A stretch of 64,000 nucleotides of DNA. Source: Dictyostelium discoideum (taxonomy: Eukaryota). The translations under genes and the position numbers were made by a program. The stretch is from NCBI GenBank assembly GCA_000004695.1, contig CM000155.2, forward strand, positions 2,080,001 through 2,144,000. The letters are read 5' to 3'. The notes under the pieces were generated by a model. That model saw nothing but the letters and a program-made list of their open reading frames with translations. It did not search any database and was not told where the DNA came from. Shown one piece after another: positions 23,859 to 36,341 of the stretch (position 1 is the first letter of the stretch; the number at the start of each line of letters is the position of its first letter).

Positions 23859-25652
23859 ATGAAATTAATATTAATATTAATTTTTTTATTTAGTTGTATA
23901 TTATTTATAAATTGTGAAAATTTAATAAAAGTTTTAGATGTTAGATTAGCTCAAACTCATGTCATACCAGTTGAAGGTAAAACATGGAATCTTAATAATA
24001 ACATTCAACATATGTCAATTGTTGGAAATAGAAGAGCATTCTTATTAGCAAGTTTTGATGATCCAACTCAGACTTATTATACTACTATTTGGTTTAATGA
24101 TAAATTGGTTGGCCCTCTTAAATTAAATGATCCAAGTCAATTACCACCAACTGAAGATAAAGGTGAAAAGTATTCAACAGTTCACCATTCCATTATGCTT
24201 TCAAAGGAATGGGTGAAAGTAGGAATGAAAATTCAATTCTTCACAATTGGTAATGATGGAAATGGTTCATCAGTTGTAAAATCCTCTGATTTCTTTTATC
24301 CAGATGTTGGTCAAGATTATACTTTGAAAATGTGGACACTCCCATTTTACTTATTTGGTGCAAATGATACCAATACTCAACCATTCTCAAAGACAAAAGG
24401 AATTGATTCTGAAATTACTAAAGAATTAATTGAAAAATGGTCATGTTCTGATTTACAAGCAATAAATCATCCAATACAAAAAATTGATTGGTCATACTTT
24501 GTAATGGAACCAAGAAATGGTAATCCAGCAATGGTAATTACAAATTCTGATCAAAAGAAAGATGGTTATGCAATTATGAGTGGTGTTTTGAATATCTTAA
24601 CTCAAATTAGAAAAGTTTTTGGTGAATCATCTTCATCAATTCAAATTTATTCACCACTTTTACATTTGGATTCAAAAGGTAAATATGCAGATCCTTATGG
24701 AGGACTAGGTGGTGGTTCCAGGGGAACAGGTGACTATACATATAAGGGTATCTTTATCCACGAACAAGGTCATGCTATGGGATTGCCTCATGCTGGCGAG
24801 GCTTTTGACAAAGGAACTTTCCCATATCAAAAAGGAAGCTTATCAGGATCAGAGTGGGGTTTCGATGCAAATCATAATGAATTTTTAGGTAATTTTCTTC
24901 CTCCAACTGCTGAATATTATAGAAATTGTCAAAAATCATTTTTAATTGATAACAAAGGTCGTTGCATTAAACAAAGTGTAATGCAAGGAGGTGCTGGCGA
25001 TCAATCGTCAAAATATAGATTTAGTATGTTTGCAGATTATGAAATGACAACAATTCAAAATTATTTTAAAAATTCAATTTACTATGATGAAACAAATGGC
25101 ACCTATAAAAAATGGAATGATACATCTAAATCTTATTATGATTACAAACCAATTACTCAAAATAAAGGATTATGGGGTATTGATGATGGAACACCAATTG
25201 AAAGAGATATTGATGTATATACAATTTTATTCACACACAGTACAGTTGGACCAAAAGAATTATCACAAATCTATCCATTACTTAAATCAAAAGGTAATTT
25301 AATGAGACAATTCGATCCAACTAATAAAACTGAAATGGCAATTATAATTCCAAATACTGGTGCTATTCCTTGGTATTGTCATGACAGTGGTTGTGACTAT
25401 ACAGTTAGAGTTACATTTGATGATAATTCATTACAACATGTACTCTTACAACAAGGTAAACGTAAATATTGGAAACCAATGAGTGATTTAAAAGATAATA
25501 TAATGGATCCAAAAAGTTCTGATAGTTTCATGTTAGGTGGAATTAATGTCAAAGCAAATAAAAAAATTAACAAAGTTGAATTATTAGAAACTCTCTTGGG
25601 ATGGAATGGTATTTCAAATAATGCAACTGTTTTAGCCTCAAAATCATTTTAA
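23859..25652 (+). CDS. Secreted metzincin-like zinc metalloprotease, paralog 2
   Basis: 597 aa, signal peptide MKLILILIFLFSCILFINC, FIHEQGHAMGLPHAGEA. Colinear with paralogs 1 and 3. Confidence 0.75.
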   Translation: MKLILILIFLFSCILFINCENLIKVLDVRLAQTHVIPVEGKTWNLNNNIQHMSIVGNRRAFLLASFDDPTQTYYTTIWFNDKLVGPLKLNDPSQLPPTEDKGEKYSTVHHSIMLSKEWVKVGMKIQFFTIGNDGNGSSVVKSSDFFYPDVGQDYTLKMWTLPFYLFGANDTNTQPFSKTKGIDSEITKELIEKWSCSDLQAINHPIQKIDWSYFVMEPRNGNPAMVITNSDQKKDGYAIMSGVLNILTQIRKVFGESSSSIQIYSPLLHLDSKGKYADPYGGLGGGSRGTGDYTYKGIFIHEQGHAMGLPHAGEAFDKGTFPYQKGSLSGSEWGFDANHNEFLGNFLPPTAEYYRNCQKSFLIDNKGRCIKQSVMQGGAGDQSSKYRFSMFADYEMTTIQNYFKNSIYYDETNGTYKKWNDTSKSYYDYKPITQNKGLWGIDDGTPIERDIDVYTILFTHSTVGPKELSQIYPLLKSKGNLMRQFDPTNKTEMAIIIPNTGAIPWYCHDSGCDYTVRVTFDDNSLQHVLLQQGKRKYWKPMSDLKDNIMDPKSSDSFMLGGINVKANKKINKVELLETLLGWNGISNNATVLASKSF

Positions 25653-25740
25653 AATCTTTAAAAATCTTTAAATAAATAAATAATAAATCTTTAAAATTTT
25701 TAAACAAATATATAATTTGTCTTTTAATTAATATTTTAAA

Positions 25741-26525
25741 TTTTAAATTAATTCTTCTAGTCAACCTTATTTATTATTGACATAGATTTTTTTTTCTTCT
25801 TAATTCTTGTTTGAAAATCTTTTTTTATTATCATTTTAATAAAATAAAAATTACAAAATTTGATTGGGATAAGGGAAGTTTTTTATTTGACCCCCCCCCC
25901 CCCCACACACATATAAAATAAATTTAGATTTTAAGGAAGTTTTAATAATATGAAAGTTTGAAAATAATATTAATTAAATGTTTTATTTTTTTTAAAATTT
26001 TTAATTAAACAAAATGAAATTAGTATTAATATTTTTAATTATTAATTTTTTTTTATTTATAAATTGTGAAAATTTAATAAAAGTTTTAGATGTTAGATTA
26101 GCTCAAACTCATATAATAGTCCACCTTATTTATTATTGACATAGATTATTTTTTTCTTAATTCTTGTTTGAAAATCTTTTTTCATTATTATCATTTTAAT
26201 AAAATAAAAATTACAAAATTTGATTGGGATAAGGGAAGTTTTTTATTTGACCCCCCCACACACACATATAAAATAAATTTAGATTTTAAGGAAGTTTTAA
26301 TAATATGAAAGTTTGAAAATAATATTAATTAAATGTTTTATTTTATATTTTTTATTTCAAATTTGAAAAATTATAAATAATAATAATTTATAAATTATTT
26401 TTTTAAAAATTTTTAATTAAACAAAATGAAATTAGTATTAATATTTTTAATTATTAATTTTTTATTGATTATAAATTGTGAAAATTTAATAAAAGTTTTA
26501 GATGTTAGATTAGCTCAAACTCATA
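25741..26525. repeat. Partial tandem duplication (about 375-bp unit x2) covering the promoter and first about 33 codons of protease paralog 3
   Basis: 25741-26113 is near-identical to 26114-26525 (the second unit carries a 65-bp A/T insertion). Includes the (c)n-cacacacatataaaataaatttag motif and the atgaaattagtattaatattttta start. Confidence 0.8.
26014..26113 (+). pseudogene. Truncated duplicate of the 5' end of protease paralog 3 (signal peptide + first mature residues, then stop)
   Basis: MKLVLIFLIINFFLFINCENLIKVLDVRLAQTHIIVHLIYY*. It ends where the duplication unit ends. Confidence 0.7.
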
Positions 26526-28210
26526 TAATTCCAATTGAAGGCAAAACATGGAATCTTAAAAATAAAACTCAACATATGTCGATAATAGGGAATAGAAGAG
26601 CATTATTATTGGCAAGTTTTGAAGATTTAAATAAAAGTTATTATGTTTCAATTTGGTTGGATAATAAAATAATTGGTTCACTTGAATTAAAAGATCCAAG
26701 TCAATTACCACAAACTGAAGACAATGGAGAAAGGTATTCAACAAAACATCATTCAGTATTACTACCAAAGGAATGGATTAGACCAAACATGAAAATTAAA
26801 TTTACTTTAACCGAAAGTAAAGATAATAGTTCATTAAATATTGATAGTTCAAATTTCTTTTATCCAGATGTTAGTCAAGACTATACATTGAAAATGTGGA
26901 CATTACCATTTTATTTATTTGGTGCAAATGATACAAACACGCAACCATTCTCCGTTACAAATGGAATTGGTTCTGAAATTACAAAGGAACTAATGGAAAG
27001 ATGGTCATGTTCTGATATTATTGCTGTAAATCATCCAATACAAAGAATTGATTGGCCATATCTTGTAATGGAACCAAGAAATGGTAATCCAGCAATGTTA
27101 ATTACAAACTCTGATCAAAAGAAAGATGGCTACGCAATTATGAATGGAGTTTTGAATATTTTAACAGAAATTAGAGAAGCTTTTGGTGAATCAACATCAT
27201 CAATTCAAATTTATTCTCCCCTTTTACATTTGGGTGCTAATGGTAAGTATACTAATCCTGGTGGAGGTTTAGGAGGAGGTTCCAGGGGAACTGGTGATCA
27301 TAAATACACATTTACCTTTTTCCATGAACAAGGCCATGCAATGGGATTGCCTCATGCCGGTGAAGCTTTTGCAGCTGGATCGTACCCCTATGTAAATGGT
27401 AGTCTATTGGGATCAGAATGGGGTTATGATGCGAACCACAATGAGCTATTGGGAACTTTTATTCCTCCAACATCTGATCAATTTAAAAATTGTAGAAGAA
27501 ATTCTGTTTTTGATAGTAAAGGTCGTTGTGTTAAACAAAGTGTTATGCAAGGAGGTGCAGGTGATTATTCGTCAAAATATAGATATAGTATGTTTGCAGA
27601 TTTTGAAATGACAACAATTCAAAACTATTTTAAAAATTCAATTTATTATGATCAAACAAAAGGTACATATAAAAAATGGAATGATACATCTAAATCTTAT
27701 TTTGAATATATTCCTTCAACAAAAAACAACGGTTTATGGGGACTTGATGATGGAACACCAATTGAAAGAGATATCGAAGTATATACAATTCTATTTACAT
27801 ATAGTACAGTTGGACCAAAAGAGTTATCACAAATCTATCCAATATTAAAATCGTCAAAAGGTAATTTAATGAAAAGATATGATCCAACCAATAAAAATGA
27901 TATGAAATTAATTACACCAGGTTCAGGTTCATGGTACTGTTTTGCAAGTGGTTGTGATTACACAGTAAGAGTTACATTTGATGATGATTCACTTGAACAT
28001 ATACTATTAAGACAAGGAAAACGTAAATATTGGAACCCAATGGGTGACTTTAAGGAAAATCTTTACAATGCAACTAGTTCAAATAGTTTTATATTGAGAG
28101 GTATAAATGTTAAAGCAACCAAATCAATTAAAAAAGTTGAACTTCTTGAAACTTTAATGGCTTGGAAAGGAATTTCAAATGCAACTGTTTTAGTATCAAA
28201 AGATTTTTAA
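26426..28210 (+). CDS. Secreted metzincin-like zinc metalloprotease, paralog 3
   Basis: 594 aa, signal peptide, FFHEQGHAMGLPHAGEA. Confidence 0.75.
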   Translation: MKLVLIFLIINFLLIINCENLIKVLDVRLAQTHIIPIEGKTWNLKNKTQHMSIIGNRRALLLASFEDLNKSYYVSIWLDNKIIGSLELKDPSQLPQTEDNGERYSTKHHSVLLPKEWIRPNMKIKFTLTESKDNSSLNIDSSNFFYPDVSQDYTLKMWTLPFYLFGANDTNTQPFSVTNGIGSEITKELMERWSCSDIIAVNHPIQRIDWPYLVMEPRNGNPAMLITNSDQKKDGYAIMNGVLNILTEIREAFGESTSSIQIYSPLLHLGANGKYTNPGGGLGGGSRGTGDHKYTFTFFHEQGHAMGLPHAGEAFAAGSYPYVNGSLLGSEWGYDANHNELLGTFIPPTSDQFKNCRRNSVFDSKGRCVKQSVMQGGAGDYSSKYRYSMFADFEMTTIQNYFKNSIYYDQTKGTYKKWNDTSKSYFEYIPSTKNNGLWGLDDGTPIERDIEVYTILFTYSTVGPKELSQIYPILKSSKGNLMKRYDPTNKNDMKLITPGSGSWYCFASGCDYTVRVTFDDDSLEHILLRQGKRKYWNPMGDFKENLYNATSSNSFILRGINVKATKSIKKVELLETLMAWKGISNATVLVSKDF

Positions 28211-29064
28211 ATAATTTTTTTTTTTTGATAAATTTTTAAAAAATAAATAATAATAGAGTCTTAATTTTAAATTAATTTTTAAAAAACAAATATTATAATA
28301 TTTAATATATTTTTATATGTTGGTTTATTTTAAATTACATGAAATTTAAATGGGGGTATGAATGAATTTAAATAATAATAATTTGTTTTTGGAAAAATTT
28401 ATTTTTAATAATAAATAAAAAATAAAAAAAAAAGATTTATTTTTTATAATTGAACAAACAAAAATTATAATTTGTTTATTATTATTTTAAAATAATTTAA
28501 GTGTACTCTATACTATAATCTGTTTAATCTAGATTATTAAAGTAAATTGTTTGTTTTTCGTTATTTTTTTTTTTTGTTTTTTTTAATTTTTTAAAAATGA
28601 GTTTTATCTAAAGGTAATCTACCACATTCTAACCTTAATACTGGTAAATTAATATTGATTATTTTTGTGTAATTTTCTGACTTTGTAATGGGAAAAGATA
28701 AAAATCTAATTTTAGAAATAGTGGATAATAAGTTTAATATATTATTATTGTAATTTTAAAAAAAAAGGAGTTTGTTTATTTTTTTTTTTTTTTTATTCAC
28801 TTTTTTTTTTTTTCCTTTTTTTTTTTTTTCTATTCACATTTTTATTATTTATTTATTCAATTAAAAAACAAAAACACAAGCACAGAAATTTTATTTTTAA
28901 GTAATTTTAATATAGAATAACCATTTAACAATATTGTAATATGAATTTATTAACACATATATTTTAACCCCTTTTTTTTTTTTTATTTATAATTTTTCAT
29001 TTAAATAATGGTATAAAAAAAAAAAATAAAAAAAATAAAAAAAAAATAAAAAAAAAAAAAACAA

Positions 29065-31089
29065 ATGAAAATATTTATTATAAAAATAATATTAGTACTC
29101 TTTAACTATGTATTATTAAGTTATTCAATAAATCAAGATTTAAATATTTTAAATGTATATGATGTTAGATTTGCACAAACTCATGTTATACCAATTGAAG
29201 GTAAAAGTTGGATACTTAATAATAAAACCTATACATTAACGATTGTTGGTAATAGAGATTCATTGTTATTAGTTAAATTTATTGATATATCAATAACAGG
29301 AACATCATCAATCAAAACAGTAACAACAAAAACAACCAAAGAAGAAATAAAAGCAACAATATTAACAAACACATATAATGTAATGGTATGGAATAATGAT
29401 ATAGTAATGGGAACACGTTTATTAAATGATCCAAATCAATTACCACCAACAGAATCAAATGGAGAACAATATTCAAATGAACATCATAGTATAATGATAC
29501 CAAAAGAATGGGTAAAACCTGGTATGAAATTGCAATTTTTTGAAAATTCAAATAGTTTTATAAAGAGTTCAAAATTTATATTTCCAAATGTTGGTCAAGA
29601 TTATACATTAAAAATGTGGACATTACCATTTTATTTATTTGGTGCAAATGATACAAATACAAGACCATTCAATCAAACTAAAAACATTGATGATAGTATA
29701 AGTGCTGGTTTAAGTCAAGTTTATTCATGTTCAAATATTTTATCATTAAATCATCCAATTCAAAGGGTAGATTGGCCTTATTTAGTATTAGGACCTAGAA
29801 ATGGTTTACCTGGAATGTTAATTACAAATTCAGATCAAAAAAAAGATGGTTATGCAATAATGGAAGGTGTATTAAATATTTTAACAGGAATTAGAGTTGC
29901 ATTTGGTGAATCAACATCATCAATTCAAATATATGCACCATTATTACATTTAGGTGCAAATGGTAAATATGCTGATACCTATGGAGGTTTAGGGGGAAGT
30001 TCCAGAGGTACAGGAGACTATAGGTATGTAGCTCAATTGAGTTTTCTATTATAATAAACTCACTTTCAAATATTAAAACCAAATTAAAAAAAAATTAAAA
30101 ATAAACCTAAAATTTAATTCTGAATCTAATGGTATATTTTTTAATAATTTATAACCAAATTAAAATATTTATATAGATATTCTGATACATTTGTACATGA
30201 ACAAGGCCATGCTATGGGATTACCCCATGCAGGGGAAGCTTTTGCATCTGGCTCATACCCCTATGTAAATGGTAGTCTACTAGGATCAGAATGGGGTTTC
30301 GATATTAATCATTATGAATTCCTTAGTATTACCCTTTCAAATACATCAAAAAACTATAAAGGATGTGAAAAAAAGAATGTTAAAGATACACAAAATCGTT
30401 GTGTTAAACAAAGTGTTATGCAAAGTGGTGCAGGTGATAGATCATCAAATTATTTATTTAGTATGTTTTCCGATTTTGAAATGTCAATTATTCAAAATTA
30501 TTTTAAAAATTCAATTTACTATGATGAACAAATTGGAAAATATAAAAAATGGAATGAAACTATTGGTTCATATTATGAATATAAACCAATTACAAAAGAT
30601 TATGGATTCTATAGGCTAGATGATGGTATACCAATTGAAAGAGATATTGATGTCTATACAATTGTATTTACCTATAGTTTGGTTGGACCTGAACCATTAT
30701 CACAAATTTATCCATTACTTAAATCAAAAGGTAATTTAATTAGACAATTTGATCCAACTAATAAAACTGAAATGAAATTAATTACACCAAATACCGGTTC
30801 AATTCCATGGTATTGTTTTAATAGTGGTTGTGATTATACAATTAGAGTTACCTATGATGATGATTCAATTAAACATATACTCCTTCAACAAGGTAAACGT
30901 CAATATTGGAAACCAATGGGTGATTTTAAATTAAATTTTAATGATCCAACAAGTTCTGATAGTTTCTTATTAGGTGTAATAAATGTTAAAGCAATAAAAA
31001 CAATTAAAAAGGTTGAATTATTAGAAACTTTAATGGCTTGGAATGGAATATCTAAAAATTCAAAACTATTAACATTTAAATTATTTTAA
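29065..31089 (+). CDS. Secreted metzincin-like zinc metalloprotease, paralog 4. 2 exons: 29065..30023 and 30177..31089
   Basis: Exon 1 ends ...GTGDYR with donor gtatgt at 30024. Acceptor tatatag at 30176. Exon 2 continues YSDTFVHEQGHAMGLPHAGEA in phase, restoring colinearity with paralogs 1-3 (...GTGDYTYKGIFIHEQGH...). Signal peptide present; extra about 35-aa insert (ISITGTSSIKTVTTKTTKEEIKATILTN). Confidence 0.7.
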
Positions 31090-31175
31090 TTTAAAAAAAA
31101 AAAAATAAAAAATAAAAAATAAATAAATAAAAAAGATATATAATAATAAAAATTATAGTTTAATATTTTAATTTT

Positions 31176-31216
<41 letters not shown>

Positions 31217-31313
31217 CAAAAAAATTTATTTATTTATTTATTTTATTATATTATATAATTTATATAATATTATTTATTTTACTTAATAACTATACAACAT
31301 ATATTATTATTAA

Positions 31314-31343
<30 letters not shown>

Positions 31344-31348
<5 letters not shown>

Positions 31349-33591
31349 CCATTTGAATTGCATCTGGATCTTCATCATTACATTTATTACTACCACCAAC
31401 AGCATAATTATTATCATCAGCTGCTTTATTATAATCTAAACCTGATAAATTTGTATAACTTGAACTTGATTTAAGTGATGGATCTAATAAAGAATTTGAT
31501 GGATGAACTATTAATAAAGAGACTTGAGTATTATTAATTAATTTCTCTTGTTTGGTAGCATCTTCACGTGGTACACCAACAACAACACACCAATATTCAG
31601 CGTCTGGGTTACTTGATCTTTGGAGAACTTCTTGGTATGGATCATTTGATTGAATGATGTTAAAGCTATCAATATTAATCTTTGGATTATTACCAATTCT
31701 TTCCAAGAGTTTCTCTGGATTGGTGGCCAATACTGTGATTTTGATATTTTCACGTCTAGCCATTTTGATGACGACTGTGAGAGCATCATTTTCATAGATT
31801 TCACCAGAGAATCCGAATAAAATATTATGTTGTCTATGGAATCTTTCTAAACCTTTATCAACGACTACACCAACACATGATTTACAAGTTTGTAAAACTT
31901 TGACAATAACTTTACCATAGAATGCTTGGCCATCACTGCCACCACTACCACCACCACCAAAGAAACCACCAGATTGACCAAGTGAAGAAATACCTTCGTT
32001 AGCAACCTCACTTCTAGTATAACCCAATAAAATGAGATCTGGCCATTGATTCTTTTTAGCTACAGAGGAAATATCTTGAGCAGGATCAGTGGAATTAATA
32101 AAGATTGGTTTAAATGGTAAACCAACTTCTTGTGAATCGTTTTGAATTGCTTCAACTGCTTCTCTCTTTTGAGCTGGTAAATTCTTGATATTATTTGAAG
32201 TGCTATAGAAATAGGATGATGGTCTATCAGAGATTGGATGTAAGAACAATGATTTTACTCTATATTTCTTTTTGGATTCCTCATCGGATGGAGTGATAGC
32301 TGCAGCGATATTTGTAAGAGCTGTACCAACTCTTGTGTTTGAAATGTATAATAAAATATTGAAACGACCTTTTTGTCTTGTCTCCATTGGAACTGTATTT
32401 TGTCTTTCTTCCCATTTGGTCCAAAGGAAATGTACGATTGGTGTGGTCATAAATGTGGTGACCAAAGCCATAATGACAAACATGGTGAATGTGGTTTTAT
32501 CCAATACATGAATATCCAAACCAATGTTTAATACGATTAACTCTACCAAACCTTTAGTGTTCATAAGGAAACCAATGGTTAAAGATTCTCTCCATGATTT
32601 CTTTGTGAATCTACTTGCGAGTGTTGCACCACCAATTTTACCAAGACATGCAATGAAAATGATGAAAACTGTTAAACCACCAGCAGCACCACTATCAATT
32701 GAACTGAGATCTGTACGGAGACCAGAGTAAGTGAAATACAATGGCAATAAGATGATTGTAACGAAATCTTCAATACTTTCTGTGACATGGATGTGGAAAC
32801 CGTTGTGTCTTGGTGTGATGATACCCATTACGAATGCACCGAAAATTGAATGGACACCAATTACTTGAGTAAAGAAAGCGCAAACTAATGTGAGAATAAG
32901 GATAACGACCAACATGTTATGTTTTTGTGCTTCGGTTCTAACAAAACGTTTGTAAAGAAAATCAATTCCAAATCTACCAACGGTACCCATGAATATTAAG
33001 AACCCAATTAACATGAGGAATGTCCAAAGGGCTGAAAGATTTACACCTTCATCACTACCGGATTTGATATTGTTACCCCATGAAACTACAATAGCCAACA
33101 AGATCCATGCAATTACATCATCAACTGAAGCAGCGGCAATTGAACTAATACCGACTCTTGTACCCATTAAATTACGTTCATTTAAAATACGAGCCAACAC
33201 TGGAAAAGCGGTAATGGAAATGGCAACACCAACGAAAACACAAAATAACCCGAAATTTGGTACAGTAACTGTGTCCTCATGGAATGGCATAAATTGATAT
33301 AATGTAGCGGCAAGACCAATACCCATTGCAAATGGAAGAATAATCGATGACAAAGAAATGATCATTGAGGCTTTAAGATTCTTTTTAAGAATGGATGCAT
33401 CAACTTCTAAACCAATCATAAACATAAAGAAAATTAAACCAATATTGGCAATAACATTCAATGTTGTGATTGATGAACCTGATGGGAAAACATTTACTGA
33501 AAAAGCAGTTGCTTTACTTAATACTGAAGGACCTAATAAAATACCAGTAATAACTTCAGAAATTACTGGTGGTTCTGTTTATAGGAGAGAG

Positions 33592-33640
<49 letters not shown>

Positions 33641-33864
33641 GTGGAACAGGGGGATAAGAATAAAAAAAAAAAAATAATAATAAACAGTTAATAAATTTTA
33701 TTATTTAAAAAAAAAAAAAAAAAAATTAACTTACGTTTTACAAAATTTAAAAGATAGCCTAATGCTCTTGAAATAATAACAATTAAAAGTACTTGTACAA
33801 TAAATAAACACACTGGATCTGTTAATGGATTTAAACCAGTTGCAATTGAAACACCTTCAGCCAT
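31344..33864 (-). CDS. CPA2-type monovalent cation/H+ antiporter (Na+/H+ exchanger family, KefB/CHX-like). 2 exons: 33864..33735 and 33574..31344
   Basis: Exon 1 is MAEGVSIATGLNPLTDPVCLFIVQVLLIVIISRALGYLLNFVK, then a GTAAGT donor. Acceptor aaacag. Exon 2 is QPPVISEVITGILLGPSVL..., matching the CPA2 N-terminal consensus (L..L.QP.VIGEI.AGILLGPS). Twelve or so TM helices, then a soluble C-terminal domain. The listed ORF M at 33461 is a TTG. Confidence 0.7.
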
Positions 33865-34084
33865 GATTATTTATTTAATTTTTTTTTTTTTTTTTTTTTT
33901 TTTAACTCTTTTTCTTTATTTTATTTTATTTTTTTTTTTTTTAATCGGATTTGTGATTTACAAATTTAGTTTTTTTTTTTTATTTTGTTTTATTATATTT
34001 ATTTAAAAAAAAAAAAAAGTAGAAATAATATATATATATGTGTGTATTTATTAAACAAATAGTGATTTATTGTTTTAAATAATT

Positions 34085-34115
<31 letters not shown>

Positions 34116-34425
34116 GAATACTTCTTGTGGTGAATAATACACTTTAAAAAGGGGAATACACTAAAAAAAAAAAAAAAAAAATTTGGTGCGGCGGGTGAAA
34201 ATTTATATTCAAAAATTATTTTTAAAAAAAAAAAAATAAAAAAATAAAATAAAAAAATAAAAATTAAATAAAATTTTTTTTTAGAACACCCAACATGTGA
34301 TAGGGGAGCCTTACACGTTAACCCCTAACATTTTTTTAAAAAAAGATTTTCCAACCGACAATTTTTTTTTTTTGTACACCCCTGGTTTAAAAACAAAAGT
34401 TATCGACGGAATAATTTTTTTTTTG

Positions 34426-34479
<54 letters not shown>

Positions 34480-35874
34480 ATGAACAAACTCATCGCAAAT
34501 AAAATTATTTTATATTTATATATATATATATTTATATTCAATTTTAATAATACACCCCCCCCCCCTAAAAACCACAAAAAAATATTAATATTAAAATTAC
34601 CGGGCCATTTGTTATTTTTAATTTTTTTTTATATGACTATTAATAGTTTTATTTTATTTTTTTTATTTTTTTTATTTTTTTTTTTTTTTTGGGAACATCT
34701 ATTTTTAAAAATGTCCAAGTGAGAAAAATGATAAATACCTATTATTTTTTTTAATTCACAAAAGAAAATAATAATAATAATAATAAATAAAAAAAAAATA
34801 GATTATCTCAAAAAATAATTTAATTAATTTAATTAATACAAAATGAATTCATATAAAATTTTTTATTTATTTTTATTTCTTTTTTTTTTTTTTCTAAAAA
34901 AAATAAAACAAATACGCTCATAAAGCTATCACCCCACCAGAGTGTTTAATTTTTTCACCAGTCGCACTTAGTGTCTGGTGGGAAAGGTGTGAAAAACTGA
35001 AAGTTTGAAAGTTTTTTGGGGGCGAGAAAGAAATCAAAAAAAAAAAAATCAAAAAAAAAAAAAATCTAATCAAAAATACTAAAGTGCACCAAAAATCCAA
35101 TCAAAAACGAAAAGTTACACTAAAAAACACCAATAATCCAATAAAATTAAGTTCTAGAATAAAAGAATTTATTTTTAATTTTTATTTTTATTTTTCCTAA
35201 ATTTTATTTTTAACTTACACACATTATTTTTTCCCACCCTTTTCTATAATTAAATTATTAATAAATCTATGAAAACTAAATAAAATAAGGTTTGTGATCT
35301 TACTATTTCTATTCATTTTATTTACTTTCGAATTTTCATAGTTTGAGTTAAATAAACTATTTTACCACTATTTAATAATTGTTGATTTCTTTTTTTTTTT
35401 TTTTTTTTTAACTCATGGGTAACTTTAAAAAATAATTATCGGGATTGTGTTAGGAAGGATTATTGAATTTTATTTTTTTTATTTTTTTTTTTATTTTTTT
35501 ATTTTTTTTTTTCTTCACAAATTTTAAAATAAGGTCAAATTTTTTCATGCTCAGTATCATGTAAATTATCATTGTGTAGGATTAATTAAACCAGATTAGA
35601 AACTTCAATTCAATATGTTTAAAAAAAAAAAAAAAAATATAAAATAAAATAAAATAAAATCAAACCAAATAAATTAAATCAAAAATAGTGTCTTGTGGAA
35701 AAAAAAATAAAAAAAAAAATAAAAAAAAAAATAAAAAATTTATTAAATTAATCAGAAATTTCAGTTTGACATGGGGTTGAAATTGAATACTATGAATTAA
35801 ATAATTAATTGCTATTTTAGGTATCGTTTTAAAACTCATTCGTTTTATATAATTTCCAAAAAAAGGTATGAAAA

Positions 35875-35907
<33 letters not shown>

Positions 35908-36152
35908 AAAATTTTTAAAAAAAAAATAAAATAAAAAATGAATTGCCATATAAAATTAAACAAATGCATAAACATCCAAAGCCAATAAAAAAAAAAAAAA
36001 AAAATGAAAAATTCCATTTTTATAATTCATTATTATTATTTTTAATTGTTTTGTTAAAGTAAGACAAAAAAAAAAAACAAAACTAAATAAAATAAATTAT
36101 ATGAAAAAAAATTTTCTGTAGCCATTTTTTTTGGGTTTTAAAATTTTTCTAA

Positions 36153-36187
<35 letters not shown>

Positions 36188-36341
36188 TTTTTTTTAATTT
36201 TTTTTTTTTAAATTTTTTTTTTTTTTTTTTTATTGAACAAATTGATCAATAGATTTTTTGTATTTTATATTTTTTTTTTTTCATATATTTTCTTTATTAA
36301 ATTTTATTTATTTGTATAATTATTAATAACCAAATCATAAA

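Noticed and set aside
33461-33461. M start codons for ORFs 31344-33461, 45695-46702, 9930-10634 and 6606-7874 in the supplied track
   Set aside because: These ORFs start on TTG or GTG, which the ORF caller allowed. In each case the frame is open upstream and the real structure is an upstream exon (antiporter, PARP), a frameshift (9930-10634) or a lost ATG (TRE ORF1).
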